NCBI RefSeq assembly: GCF_018977255.1
Contig: NW_024704742.1
Coordinates: 62,064,001-62,128,000 of the forward strand
DNA: 64,000 nt
Reading direction: 5' to 3'
Origin: Callorhinchus milii
Taxonomy: Eukaryota
The first letter of the stretch is position 1. Each line of letters begins with the position of its first letter. The notes below the pieces were generated by a model that worked only from the letters and a program-made list of their open reading frames with translations, made no database searches and was not told the DNA's origin. Below, piece after piece: positions 12,967 through 25,949 of the stretch. The position numbers and the translations under genes were made by a program.

Positions 12967-13764
12967 TCTTTCCATTGATACATGCCTCTGTGCACCCAGT
13001 CTGGCCTCCGCTTGCTGGGTTGTAGTCACTGATTGCCCTCCAGTACGCCATCTTGTGTGACAGCACTCAAATAAAATGGACAATACTTTCCGCTCCAAAC
13101 TTGATCATTTAATTGCAAATGGTCCGTGCTAATGGCCTACAATGATCCAGTAACAAACCCCCAAAATACAGTCACTACACTTGACAATATATTCTGTGAA
13201 ACACTTTCAGACATCTCAACAACATGATAAGGCACTATAAACATGCAAGGTTTATTTATTATTTAAGTTTCAACTTTATTCACAGTCTTCTCTCTCTTTG
13301 TCCTCAATGCTCTCCGGGCCTTCAACCCGCCAGGTGTTTTCCCATTGGATCTTCCAGTTCACATGATTTACCTTTAACAACAATCACCTGTTTTACATTT
13401 GAATTTATATGACACACAGCACAAGTGGCCATTGTTCATGCATAGGCCTTGGTCGAAAGTGTTGGCAGACCACTTGACTATGGAGTGTTATAGCCAAGTT
13501 TCATCTCTCCCCACTTGGTAGCCAAGTGCAGGTTTCTGAAAAAGGACTCAGATCAGTAAACGCAGCTGATTCAAACCTCCCTCACCCTGAGAAGACCAGG
13601 ACCAAATTAGACTCCTCTCACAACCTTGGTAAAAAAACAACAAAGTAGGCACAGACACGGATTAGTATCAGATAGTTTGGGGCCTGGAAACAGCAGATCT
13701 ATCCATTACATCATAGGGGCTGAACCCATGTTGTGACAATAAACCTTGTATTTGATATAGTGTA

Positions 13765-13977
13765 ATTGGAACTGCATCCCACAGTCCCTTTGCCTTGCCC
13801 CCTCCCTTGCTTCCTTCAAAGCCTGTCTCAAGACCCTCCTCTTTGACATCCCTCCTATCCCCACTCTCCACCCTTCCTGATCGTAACCCCTAGCTCAAGT
13901 GCAAATTCGGATTGTCCAGTACTTTCAGACGTTCTCTCAATGTGAAAGCTCCTATATAAGTGTCATTTGTTGTTGTG
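13765..13977 (+). mobile_element. L2 3' end
   Basis: TGGAAC..CATCCC...TCCTTCAAAGCCTGTCTCAAGACCCTCCTCTTTGAC plus tail. Confidence 0.8.
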
Positions 13978-14209
13978 GCCTTATTGTCACAATGCCTCAC
14001 AGGATTTATTGTAAAGTGTATGTTGTAGATGAGTACAATATTGTGATTGCAGGATTCTGTTGTGATAAAGGGGGAAGCCATTTTTATTTATGTGATGCAG
14101 CTTGCTGAGTTAAGTTAAATTAGATTCACCTGACGTGTGTAAAAGAAGGTGCAGCTGGAGTAACTGTTTACAAACCAAACAGCAAGCAAGCTAACAGCTA
14201 TCCGCGCCA

Positions 14210-14902
14210 CAACTGGCACCGCCTTCCATCACCTCCAGAATATTGCCAGACTACGGCACTACCTCACCCCTCACGCGGCTGAAACTCTGGTCCACGCCTT
14301 TATCACCTCAAGGCTGGACTATGGGAACTCTCTCCTCGTCGGCCTTCCCGGCTCCTCCCTCCACAAGCTGCAGGTCATTCAGAACTCTGCAGCTCGTGTA
14401 CTGTCCCGCACCAGGACCACATCACTCCCACCCTCGCTCGCCTCCACTGGCTCCCCATCTCCCAGAGGATCGAATTCAAGATCCTCATCTACAAGGCCAT
14501 TCACGGCTTCGCTCCCTCCTACCTCTCCGACCTACTATCCCCCTACCTACCTGCCCGTACCCTCCGTTCCTCTGGCTCCGGTCTGCTCCACATCCCCCGC
14601 CCCAACCGCCCTACCATCGGTGGCCGGGCCTTCAGCCTCTCAGCCCCGAGGCTCTGGAACTCCATCCCCAGTGCCTTCGCCGCCTCCTCCCTTTCCTCCT
14701 TCAAGGCCGGTCTCAAGACCTTTCTCTTTGACCGTGCCTTCAGCTCCCCTCTCGACTCTCCACCCCCTCCTTGCTCCTTCCCTTCCCTCCCCTCACCCTG
14801 ACCATTTCCCCCCTGCTCGGGTCTCGACCCAACTGTCCAGCGCCTTGGGATTTCCTCCCGACATGAAAGGCACTCTATAAATGAAATCTTGTTGTTGTTG
14901 TT
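14210..14902 (+). mobile_element. L2-clade LINE ORF2 3' fragment, relatively young
   Basis: Frameshifted AFHHLQNIARLR..L...AETLVHAFITSRLDYGNSLL.G...QNSAAR...HWLPISQRIEFKIL...GGRAFS..APRLWNSIP; tail plus (TTG)n. Confidence 0.95.
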
Positions 14903-16479
14903 AAGCAACCCAGAGAATGAGAGAATTAATGGAGTAAAGCCCATATGTTGACTATTGGAAGCTTTTGTGAAACTCACCAAAACTTTGCAATGGCTCTTCA
15001 ACCCTTTTTACTCTCTTCCCTGCTAAGTTCTTCTATTATTCTATTTAGCCTTCGGAGTAAATGCAGCATGGTACCACAAACCATCTACTTAAAGATTGTC
15101 TGCTACGTATGTGCGGACAACACACATTTTGAAAAGAAAATAACTTGCTTAAACTTGAGTCATGTGATTAAACATCCAAAACAATTTATTTTCTGCCTTA
15201 AATCAAACAATTGCTGATGGAAAACCCTTTAAAAAGCTCAATTCATTTTAAAATCACAAATGTTAAAAGGCAGCTTTTAAAATTGTCAACTGAGTGTTCC
15301 CCTCCCCCACATCCATTCACACAGCCTTTCAATGAACTGTTGGGTGGAACAGAGCTCCACACGTTATCTGTGCACTACATAACAGCATCCAATGGAATGT
15401 ATTCACACTGATAGAGAGAGAGAGACACACCATCATCCTGACCACTCAATCTAAAGTTCACAATCCGCTTTTGATAGAAGAATCATTAGCTGTTCGGTAT
15501 CTGGATGCGTTCTGTAAGGGCAGGGATTTAATTAAATATTTCTTATAAAAAAAATCTTAAGTCATACAATATGTTTTATGCAGTCTGAATGCAGAGATTG
15601 TTAAGAACTGCTGAGTGTTTCTGTTTCCAGTGCGCACAAGGAAACAGTTATACAGAATTTCTGGACGCATGCAGCACATTCCACTCACTTCTATTCATCT
15701 TGTGGAGGCCTAGAACTGAAGTTGAATCCAGGCCAAATAATCTACCAAAATCTGGATTTAGTGGGGACAGAGGCAAACAGGTGTGCAAGAAAATATTGTC
15801 AGATTTTTTTTCTCTCCCGAAGGAAGAACACTTTATACATTAGACTGTGGAGTTTGTAGCATCATATTGCTCCCCTAATCCCACTTCAACAAAATAATGG
15901 GTAGAAACCGTGAGTGCTCATACAGTGCACATCTGGAACCATACATTGGTCAGTCACAGCCAAGAGCAATCCAAGTGAAGCAACTTAGCATTGTGTTTAA
16001 AATGGTGACTGCCATTCTAAACGTGCATTGTTAAGGTCACTATAATTTGAGGAATTTTCTAATATATTTTGGGAAAGTCTGGAGCATTAACCTTGAAAAA
16101 ATGGGGGAGCACTAAACAGGAAGTGAAGTCAATTATACTAAATGGTGGGAGTCTTGGAGAAGTCTGGAACAATGGCTGTGTGTAGTTTGCAATGGAAAAT
16201 TACCACCACCACCACCAACTTGCATTTATGTAGCATCCTCCTCACAGGATGGCATCTCGGAGTGCTTGCCTATCATGAACAGGGAGATTTCCCAAAGACG
16301 TCTCCGGCAAAGCTTTCTTTAGGGGAAGCCACTAACATGTTACACTTCAGGTGACACATCTTACGTAAACAGTGAGGAATCGTGCTGTAGGCTAGATATC
16401 TAATGGCACTACATTAAGATTCACAGTGGAATGATAATGGGATGAACTTTGCAATATTACGACGTGTTAGTTCCTCCTT

Positions 16480-16700
16480 GCTTCCTCCCTTTCCTCCTTC
16501 AAGGCCGGTCTCAAGACCTTTCTCTTTGACCGTGCCTTCAGCTCCCCTCTCGACTCTCTACCCCCTCCTCGCTCCCTCCCTTCCCTCCCCTCACCCTGAC
16601 CATTTCCCCCCTACTCGGGTCCTGACCCAACTGTCCAGCGCCTTGGGACGTCCTCCCGACGTGAAAGGCGCTCTATAAATAAAATCTTGTTGTTGTTGTT
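16480..16700 (+). mobile_element. L2 3' end, same subfamily as 14210-14902
   Basis: Nearly identical to about 14685-14902. Confidence 0.9.
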
Positions 16701-17741
16701 AGTTAACAATTCAGCAAATTTAACAACTGGTGATCAATTTAAAGACCTCAATTAACACATTGACTAATCCTTTTGTATGCTCAGGAGCCGGAATGCCGAG
16801 ACTGCCACAGAGGGCTGGCTCTATTCCGTTGCCAAGCATGTCACCTTGGTGCCAGTTCAGCTCCAAGGAGACTCCACTCACTCCCAACCAAAAAAAATGG
16901 TGTGTGCTGGAAACAACTTGCCTTCCTTTCTCTTCCCCAAACACACTTCTGGTCTGAGAAGCCACACAAGACTAGCTGAAGAGTGGCAGATATCAGCACT
17001 GGAGATGAATAGACAATTAATTCCACAAGTAGATCACAATAAAGCCAGGATTCCCATACACAGAAAATCATAGGAGCAGGAAAAGCTGTTTGTCTCAGCA
17101 GAGGCTTCTGACTTCCATAAGGGGAGTGGCTAAAAACAAAATCACAGCAGCCCAAAACACAGAGTCTGTTTCTATTCACTATTGTGATGAAATCCCAACC
17201 CCCTTGGAGACTAATCATTATTGCTCTTAATTCTGTATGTCTCCCTGTCTTTCTGAGTGTGTCTTTCTTTCACTCTCTCACTCTCCAACTTTCTGTCTCG
17301 CTGTAACTTTCTGTGTCTCTTTCTCTGACTCCAACCCTACACTGTACTATAACATAAACATTCGCCTTCAAGCTACTGGCTACTGGCAAACAAAAATCCA
17401 GTTGCACACAAACTAGGTTACTTGGATACAATTTAGCTGCACAACGCAAGTAAATTGCATCCTCTGAATGTCATGTGCACGAGTGCAAATTGATATATGT
17501 ACAAATAATAGAGTCAGAGTTCAGGTGAGTTTGCTTCTAGGCTATTGAACTGTTCTATGTAATTTGGATGCCTGACATCACCCACATGAAATTGTAATGA
17601 CATTTCACACCTGCACAAACGTCTCCTGTTACTGTGCTACCTCTTGTGATAATGTCAAGACGTTCACACATTTCTTCAGAGAAGATGACTCAGAAGGAGC
17701 CTTATTGTGGTGTATAAAATTTTAAATGGCATTGAAATAGT

Positions 17742-18080
17742 AAATAACAACTTTTATGAAGCATCCTTCACTTGGGGCAGTGTCTTGGAGCGCTTAACAG
17801 TGGCGGAGACTGACGCCGAGGCNGGGGGGATGAGGAGGTGACCGTAAGCATGGTCGAAGAGGAAGGTCTACAGTCATGATCTAAAGGAGCGAAAGGAGAG
17901 GGCAAAGCTGGAGGAATTGAGGGAGAGAGTTCCAAAGCTTCAGGCTTAAGTGACTGAAATCACGGCCGCTGATGGTGGAGTGGAGGGAATGAGGGACAAG
18001 CAGGAGACCAGAGCCAGCCGAGTGGAGATAGCGGGTAGTGGAGTGGGGAGAAAGCAAGTCAGAAAGATACGGAGGATACG
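17742..18080 (-). mobile_element. Older L2 3' fragment
   Basis: Purine-rich GAGGGAGAGAGTTCCA..., L2 tail in reverse. Confidence 0.7.
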
Positions 18081-18683
18081 CTATACGTGGCTGGTTTTGC
18101 CAAGTCTGATTACCAGGATAACCAGTCGCTTTATATTATGACTTGCCCACAGAGGTGAGGTTTGCTTCTAGAGCAAAAAACCTAATGTATAAAAGTAGCA
18201 TGAGTGGGGCCAAGGTAATATTGGGCAGAGAGATGCTCATCTCCAGTTAGTCACTAGAAGTGTTCATGGAGTTTGTGGCTGAGCTCATGCAGAGCAACGT
18301 GCCAGAGCCCTCACCCCATTGAAATGTTGGGTGAGATACGAGAGGAGCTGTGAGGTATTGCTAAGGAAAATTTCTCCTAATAATTTACAGATTCTTGTCT
18401 ACTTACATCACATAACAAAAGGGATAACATTGGGACTCGCCAGATGGACGGCAATGGTCTTTTCCAGTCCCGAACATTCCTAACTTCCTATGCAACTGCT
18501 CTCTTTCCCAAGCTCCAATTGTTTTCCACTGGCTCCTCTCTGTGATTGCTAAAATGTGCCTATGTCGTTGTAACAACAGCAACAAATTACACTTATATAG
18601 CTTAATTCACATTGAAAGGACGTTTCAAGACAAGGCAAAGCTTCAATATTATATTATTTTCTAAATTATTTAAAATTTACAAT

Positions 18684-19056
18684 GGAGAGAAATTTCACCT
18701 GGGTCTAGATTTACTCTAATTATGTAGAATTTCAGAGAGTCTAAAATTGTGGTTGTATACATTTTAAAGCTGGTTTTCTGTAAGTTCCTTTAAGAAATCC
18801 AGAAAGCTGGTTTCAAAAAGAAAATTAAATTTAACAATTTGCCAAATTCTGGAAGCTCAAAAATGCTACATAAATAAAGAAATAATAATAATCCTTGCAT
18901 TTGATTTAGCGCCTTATCATATCGATGAGACATCTCAAAGCACTTCACAGAATATATTGTAAAGTGGATTGATTGACGGTGTATTTTGTGGGCGAAACGC
19001 CGCAGCCAATTGCTAAAATTATAATAATAAATCTAGACCTAGATGGAATTTCTCCT
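18684..19056. mobile_element. Palindromic MITE (TIR about GGGAGAAATTCCACCTGGGTCTAGATTTA) with a SINE fragment at 18881-19013
   Basis: Left GAGAAATTTCACCTGGGTCTAGATTTA; right TAAATCTAGACCTAGATGGAATTTCTC; homologous to 24441-24870 and 49670-49792. Confidence 0.8.
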
Positions 19057-19459
19057 CAGCGGTGCTTTAATTCTCATGATCAGACCTTTTCTGTCTAGAA
19101 ACCAGTGTCTCCATTATCTGGCCTCTGTTTTCCCTGTGAAATTTATTCTGTATACATGCACGAGAAAAACATATGGAAACAATTAAATTGTTAAATATTT
19201 TACTGCAGTGTTCTGAATCAGCTGTATCCAGGAAAAAAGTATTAATTTGACGTTATAATAATCCTTGCATTTGATACAGTATATTATCTTGATGCAAGCA
19301 ACCACTTTTCACTCTCTTTGGACATAAAACAACACTCATCAGGCTGATATCCAAGGCATTGGTAAAAAGGCAGGAAGAGAGTGAAGGTTTCACCACTGCT
19401 CAGCACATTAACCTTTAGAAAATAAATATTAAGCAAAAAAAACTAACTAAATAAATAAG

Positions 19460-19645
19460 AATAATTTGGTCACTCAATCCACGAATATTTGTAGGACACT
19501 ACTGTGGGCAATTGGCTGCCACGTTTTGCCTACAAAATATACAGTCAATTCACTTTACAGTTTATTCTGTGAAGCGCTTGGAGACGTCTCCAAGATGTGA
19601 TAAGGTGCTACATCAAATACAAGGACTATTATATATTATTATTAT
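19460..19645 (+). mobile_element. SINE family A 3' half
   Basis: TTGGTCACTCAATCCACG...AATTGGCTGCC...TACAGTCAATTCACTTTACAG tail. Confidence 0.85.
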
Positions 19646-19659
19646 CATGTCGTTGAGAT

Positions 19660-20010
19660 GTCTCAGAGATGTCCCACCTTCCCCACCCCGCTCAACAGGC
19701 TCCGGGCCTGCTCCACATCACCTGTCCGCCCCGCTCCACTATCGGCATCGGGCCTTCAGCCTCTCCGCCCACCCCCTCTGGAGCTCTAGCCCAGAGTCCC
19801 TTTGCCTTGCTCCCACCCTTGTCTCCTTCAAGGCACATCTCAAGACTCTCCTCTTAAACATCACCTTCGGTCACCCTCCTACCCCTACCCTCCCTGTCCT
19901 CCACCCCTCCCTATCCCAGCCTCCTGTTCGGGTCGAGTTCCCTGAGTGTCCAACGCTTTGGGATGTCCTTCCAATGTGAAAGGCGCTGTACAAATGTAAT
20001 TTGTTGGTGT
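19660..20010 (+). mobile_element. L2 3' fragment
   Basis: ORF 19512-19979 includes [35 protein letters not shown]. Confidence 0.9.
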
Positions 20011-20019
20011 TTTTGTGTA

Positions 20020-20348
20020 GTGAAAATGTTTTGTAGAAACAAAATAGGCAAATTGCGCATAGCAATGACCCACTAATAGCAATGAAGTAAATGATCAATT
20101 TTATCCAGGGGCTTGGTAGCCAGAATCTAGGGGAACCTCACTTCTCTTTTCAAATAGCCACTAGGGATCTTTAACATCCACCTAAACAAGGAGACAGGAT
20201 CTTCATTTAAAGTCTCATTTGAAAGAAAATCTGCACTGCATTGGAATGTCAGCCTATACTGTGAGTTTTACGTCCCACTGTGGGAATTCCTTCCACAACC
20301 TTCTGACTCAGAGGCGAGAGTGCTATCGATTGAGCCAGCCTGACACCA
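20020..20348 (-). mobile_element. SINE family B
   Basis: Head CCACAACCTTCTGACTCAGAGGCGAGAGTGCT..TGAGCCAGCCTGACAC; Deu core. Confidence 0.85.
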
Positions 20349-20454
20349 AGTTGTGACACACATACCATTTACATTACTTCCTAAGTCTCACTTGCTTTAT
20401 TCAGCTGCTAATTTTGTTTTTTGGTCTTGGCCCTAAATTATTACTGTTGGTCTT

Positions 20455-20992
20455 TGGGTTCATAGTCTCTAGCCTGACATTCCACTGCAGTGCTTGGGAG
20501 AGTACTGCATTGACGGAGGTGCCATTCTTCAGAGGAGATGTTAAACCGAGATTCTATCTGTCTGTTCAGGTGTAGTTAAAAAGAAAGTTTTCTCCGGCAT
20601 CCGGGCCAGCAATCCCAAGATAAAATTAGTCATTCATTTTGTCGCTGTTTGTATGGACATTTGCTGCACATAAATTGGCGGCTGCATCCATCGACAAATA
20701 CAGTTGCTAGACTTTACAGAAAGCTCTGAAGCACCTTGAAACATTTTGATGCTATAGAGCAGTGGTCGTCAACCCACGGGTAGAGTCAAGAAGTGGCCCG
20801 CCGAACACCTGCACCAGTCTGGGCATGTCCAATCCATATCAATACCTTGTAACTCCTGAGCCATGATACACATGGTGCAGCCATTAATAGAGAAAAATTC
20901 AATAAAGAAAAAATTATTTGGTTGGCCAGCCATAAAGATTGGTTGACCCCCACTATAGACGCTATATAAAATGCAAGATTCTTATTAATTAA
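20455..20992 (+). mobile_element. SINE family B, interrupted by a hAT MITE
   Basis: GGAGGTGCCATTC..GAGATGTTAAACCGAG Deu core; tail resumes after 20960 as GCTATATAAAATGCAAG. Confidence 0.8.
20760..20952. mobile_element. hAT (Charlie-like) MITE
   Basis: TIRs CAGTGGTCGTCAACC and GGTTGACCCCCA(CT); 8-bp TSD-like CTATAGAG (20752-20759) and CTATAGAC (20953-20960). Confidence 0.75.
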
Positions 20993-21599
20993 TCATTCAA
21001 CATATTTTCTCTATTGCTGCTTGTCCCTTCTGCTGTAAGCACCTGATTCCCACTTTTTTGCCTACTCCATTCTGTCATGCATTTGTTTTGATTCTATAAC
21101 TTTATTCTGCCTTTCTCTCTCTCCATTCTCACAGTGTCTCGCCCCTTTCACACTTTTGCTCATTCATTCAGCTTTCACCTCCCTCAGAGCAAAACCATTA
21201 CAAGTATATTTTCCATCATTTTGGTGTTTTATTTCTCCCTCAGGCCCCCAGTGCAGTTATACTATTTGGAGGTTTCACTGACTGAAATAAAAACCTGTGG
21301 CATTCCATAATGTGTTCCTTGTGTTAATAAATGCCACAAACTTTACCCCATGTTCCAAAAATATCACTACAAAGACACACATACACATCAAAGAGATAAA
21401 CACAAGGGATGGAAGGAAACTGCACAGGATTTTAAAAATGTTAAACTGAAATCACAGCCATTTGGAATGAAACGTAGATTGTCCCAACATGTCCCATAGA
21501 CTACAACAGGTACTGAAACACACTTTCCAGACGTGGATTAGGGAGTTTCTCCTGGGGTTCTGGGCAACAGTCTCCCAAGCAAAATTGTCTTTGAAGTCA

Positions 21600-21800
21600 T
21601 AGCTGTTTGTGGGACATTGCTGTGGGCAAATTGGCTGCCACATTCACCCACAAAATATACAGTCAATTCACTTTACAGTATATTCTGTGAAGCATTTTGA
21701 GACGTCACAAAGACATGATGAGGTGCTATATCAAATGCTAGGATTATTATTATTACAACTGAAAGGCACAATGTCAAATGTAAGGATTATTATTATTATA
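21600..21800 (+). mobile_element. SINE 3' half with duplicated tail end
   Basis: CTGTTTGTGGGACATTGCTGTG..AATTGGCTGCC core; TCAAATG..AGGATTATTATT twice. Confidence 0.85.
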
Positions 21801-22197
21801 AAGTTGTTTATAACTAAGATTCAAATAACTTCACAGTCAGGAAACCCCTTAAAGACGAGATCACCTGATTTTACAGATTTCTGCAATAATGCATGCTAGA
21901 TGGCCAGGAGACTGACATGTGGGAAATCACCTCCAGAATTGGTGAAACATCCTTTACATTCCATTGTTAATGGGGTGTAATCCCGTTCATACACCATGAA
22001 CTGAAGCTTTAGCCAAAAAGAAAGGATGTATGCAGAACAATATGTGTCACTTGCAGGAAAAAACACTTTAAGTAGAATGTGGTATTTATAAAGTTAATGC
22101 TATAGTCACATATGATTACAGAAATAGGTACTACAAAAGCCTTTTATAATAAATATTAATATAAATGTTAAGATTAAATCCAGTCTTTGATGGATTG

Positions 22198-22515
22198 GTG
22201 AAGTCCTGTAGCTCAGTAGATAGAGCACTCACCTCGCAAGCGAGAGGACCTGGTTTCGATTCTCAGTAGGGCAAATCGTTGGGCAAGTTTCCTTACTCCA
22301 CACACCTCTGTTTACCTCGCAGTAAGTAGGAACCGGGTTGTTAGTCGATTGGCGGATCGCTTTTCCGGGGGTATATAATAATAATAATTTGGTCACTCGA
22401 TTCCTGAATATTTGTGGGACACTGCTGTGTGCAATTGGCTGCCACTTTTCGCCCACAAAATATACAGCCAATTCACTTGATAGTGAATGATGTCTCAGAC
22501 GTGATTATTATTATC
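22198..22515 (+). mobile_element. tRNA-derived SINE family A (long subtype)
   Basis: GTCCTGTAGCTCAG head; CTCTGTTTACCTCGCAGTAAGTAGGAACC segment. Confidence 0.9.
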
Positions 22516-22589
22516 ATTTCTTTCTCTAACAATTCTGTCAAGAGAGGGGTATTATTTATTTCTATAGAAATATTTTGCAGGCCCAGATA

Positions 22590-23000
22590 TCAATCTTTGC
22601 ATTGCTATGGCACTTTTCAAATCAGGAGGACATCTTAAAGTGCTTCACAGATTTATTATCAAGTGCAGTGACTGTATAATTGTTTAGATGAACGCAGCAG
22701 CCAATATGCACACAGGAGCATCCCACAGACAGCCAAAACGTGAATGACCAATTTCATCTGGAGAAATGTTGNAAAAAAAATTTCAACAGTGCCACAGAAT
22801 TTGTAATACACAAGTAAATAGGTAGACATGACCTCAGTTATGATCTTGTCTGAAGTAACCCACCACCAACAGTGTGACACTTCCCCCATCATTACTCTAC
22901 TGTGTCTGCCAAGATTATCAGCTCAAAGCCCCAATGTGGGGTTTGAACTGATAACCTTCTGACTCAAAGGTGAAAGTGCTACCAACTGAGCCAAGTTATG
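22590..23000 (-). mobile_element. Degenerate SINE family B
   Basis: Tail and head (AACCTTCTGACTCAAAGGTGAAAGTGCTACCAACTGAGCCA). Confidence 0.7.
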
Positions 23001-23093
23001 ACGTACACAACATTTACATTACCTACTAAGTCTCACATCCTTTATCTGCAACAAACTGAGCCAGACTGACAAATCACATTTATATGATATGTA

Positions 23094-23205
23094 TAATCCT
23101 TGCATTTGATATAGTGCCTTATCACGTCGTTGAGACGTCTCAAATGGCTTCACAGAATATACTTTGTAAAATGAATTGATTGTGCATTTTGTGGGCGAAA
23201 CGCAA
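23094..23205 (-). mobile_element. SINE family A 3' tail
   Basis: ATCCTTGCATTTGATATAGTGCCTTATCACGTCGTTGAGACGTCTCAAA. Confidence 0.85.
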
Positions 23206-23675
23206 GCATACAGTGATGTTCAGTCTTGTTATTTGATTCAGACATGTCTAGTGTATTTTAATCATCTCTTTATTGTGTGAGAAACAAATTTTCAAACGTT
23301 ATTGAATCCTAGTTTCCTCTTTGGCTAGTTTTGGATGAAAAATTGAGGATAGTAATAAAGACAAATATGTCTTCAAAGGTTTGCAATTATACAGCACATT
23401 GCATTATTTCAGAATCTTAAGAATTAGCAATTGCATGCACTAAAGGAAACAATTTGTCTTAAAATTGTCAAAAGCTTAAGGGTTAAAAGGCAAGGCAGTT
23501 TCAAGCAATTGAAATTAAGCCAAAATTCTTCAGATTGAGATATGAATGTTTTCTACATCTGTCCAGTTACTTTAATCGTGAGACAATCTCCTCCGTGTCT
23601 GTCTTTACTGAGGTCATATGTCTTTCTACAAAGAAAAGGAAGACCCTCTCTGCCATGCAAGGCAAAGAGGGATTT

Positions 23676-23988
23676 TAATAATATTCCTTGCATTTGATAT
23701 AGCGTCATATTATGTCATTGAGACATCTCAAAGAGATTCACAGAATATACTGTAAAGTGGATTAACTGTGTATTTAGTGAGTGAATGTGGTAACCAATTG
23801 GACACAAAAAGTCGCAGATTGAGTTTTGTGGTGAAGGGATTATTACCCCCGAACTAACAACCTGGTTCTTTCTTTCTGCTAGGTAAACAGAGGCATGTGC
23901 AATAAGAAAATTTGCCTAAGGTTTTGTCCTGCCCGGGAATCGAACCTTGGTCCTCTTGCTTGGGAGACAAGACCGCTAATGACTCCAC
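23676..23988 (-). mobile_element. SINE family A (long subtype)
   Basis: Tail, CTGCTAGGTAAACAGAGG segment, CCCGGGAATCGAACC B box. Confidence 0.85.
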
Positions 23989-24440
23989 CTTCAGGATGTT
24001 TGACACTGGTACTTTCAATGATAACAAAAATTAATATTGTGCTTTGATTAATTGAATTCAACACAAATTTCCAAAGCCTTCTTCTGCATGTGGAATTTAC
24101 CATAGTTTTACAATAGTTCCACTTATTTATTTCTTCAACCCGATGCAAGCAATATTGTTCGGCTCATTTTGCAGACTCAGGGGATCTGCAATCCTCAACC
24201 AGAACTGCCCAGGAATCCTTTATTAGAACCTTCTTTGGTGGCTTGAGGTTGTTCTCCCCAGCAGTAGTTGACCTCAGACAAAGATGTAACTTATCCAAAC
24301 AGAATTACGATCCAAAATGGAATTTCAGTCCAGCTAAAACATTTCCCATCCAATGCCATTCTTGATCCAAGTGCAACAAAATGTAAAATCCTGATCCAGG
24401 CATAAATGTTCCTTCAATTATACAACTTTAGCACTCTTCT

Positions 24441-24870
24441 GGGGAGAAATCCCACCTGGCTCTTGGTTTACTCTATTTATATAGTGTTTTAGAGCATCCA
24501 GAATTTGGAAAATTCTTAAATACAATTTGTTTCAATCTATTCAAGCTGTTTTTCTGTAAGTTTCTTTGAAGAACCACAGAAAAAATAACTTCAAAGTTGA
24601 GACTGAATTCAATAATTTGTCAAATTCAGAACATGCTGAAATGCTGCATAAATAGATATCAATATTAATTAATAATATTAATTACATTTGGGATAGCACC
24701 TTATTACGTCATCAAGACAACTCCAGGAATTTTTGAAGTGTAGTGATTGTGTATTTGTAGGCAAATATGACAATCAATTTGCACACAGCATTGTACCACA
24801 AACAGCCATGAACTGAGCCATGATGACATCTGTAAATCCAGTAAATCTAGACCAAGGTGGAATTTCTCCC
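24441..24870. mobile_element. Palindromic MITE with a SINE fragment at about 24657-24840
   Basis: GGGAGAAATCCCACCTGG...GTAAATCTAGACCAAGGTGGAATTTCTCCC; internal similarity to the 18684 copy. Confidence 0.8.
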
Positions 24871-24909
24871 AACGCATGTTACACACTAATACACTGTTTG
24901 AGCTCACAG

Positions 24910-25195
24910 TCTAAGCTGACACTCAAATAAACTGCTGTTGGACCTGCCCTGTCTGGTTATTCAGGTGGACATTGAAGATCTCATGACACGACTTGAAAAA
25001 AATTGGTAGTTTCTCCTGTTAAAATTGATCACTCACTTCATGGCTGTTCATGGACATTTGCTGGGTGCAAATTGGCTGATGTGCTCACCTACAAATACAC
25101 AATTACTACATATTATGGTAAAACTTGGGAAGCACATTGAGACATGCTCTTGACATGAAAGTCACTATGCCAAATGCAAGGAATGTTATTTTTAT
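24910..25195 (+). mobile_element. SINE family B (partial)
   Basis: TTCAGGTGGACATTGAAGATCTCATGACAC; core; tail. Confidence 0.75.
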
Positions 25196-25949
25196 TCTTA
25201 TGTAGTCACACCACCACTAACTGTCAGCTAGAGACAAGTGCACAACTCCGACGTGTGTAACATGTAAATCTTGTTCCTTATTTTCTGTTTATTTTGATGA
25301 AGATGGATGTGGCAAACATTCAGATAAATGACTTTGTGGAAAAGAGTTGCAAATTGGTCATGGGGGTGGGGGAGGAGTGTTATCTGGAAGTTTATAACAC
25401 TCCTATCCAAGTTTAATCATTTTCCAAGCAAGCATTCTTGGCAAAGTAATTAGCAAATTTCAGCTTTGATAAACAATTAGTAGTTTGCCAAGAAAATGTT
25501 ATGGCTGGGTCAGTATCACTGTAAATTCTTAATAGGAATAGGCAATTGGCAAAAAAACAATTCACATGTTATTCATTTATGCATTCGTTCAGCAAGTGAT
25601 CCTGTCAAGATAATATTTAACACCAGCCACCTAACAAAACTGTATATTTTGCAAACGTATATCATTAAGTTTCCAAAACATCCTGCTGCCTTTCTCTGCT
25701 TCTGTACTAGCCAGGAAATTGATCCCATTCAATTTGATGACTATTATTGGGGTTGACTTTATTTTTGTTCAGGATATTGTATTTATCTGCTCTGCCCAGA
25801 TGAGAACTCTGAAAGAAGAAATGTTAAATGGATTTAGTTGAAGGAAATATTTGCTTGGATCAAATTATATTCATGTGCATTTATCTGGAGCCAACCTTAT
25901 GAAAATCTCTTTTGTTGTATTTAGAAGAAAACTTTCCACGTTGCTATAA

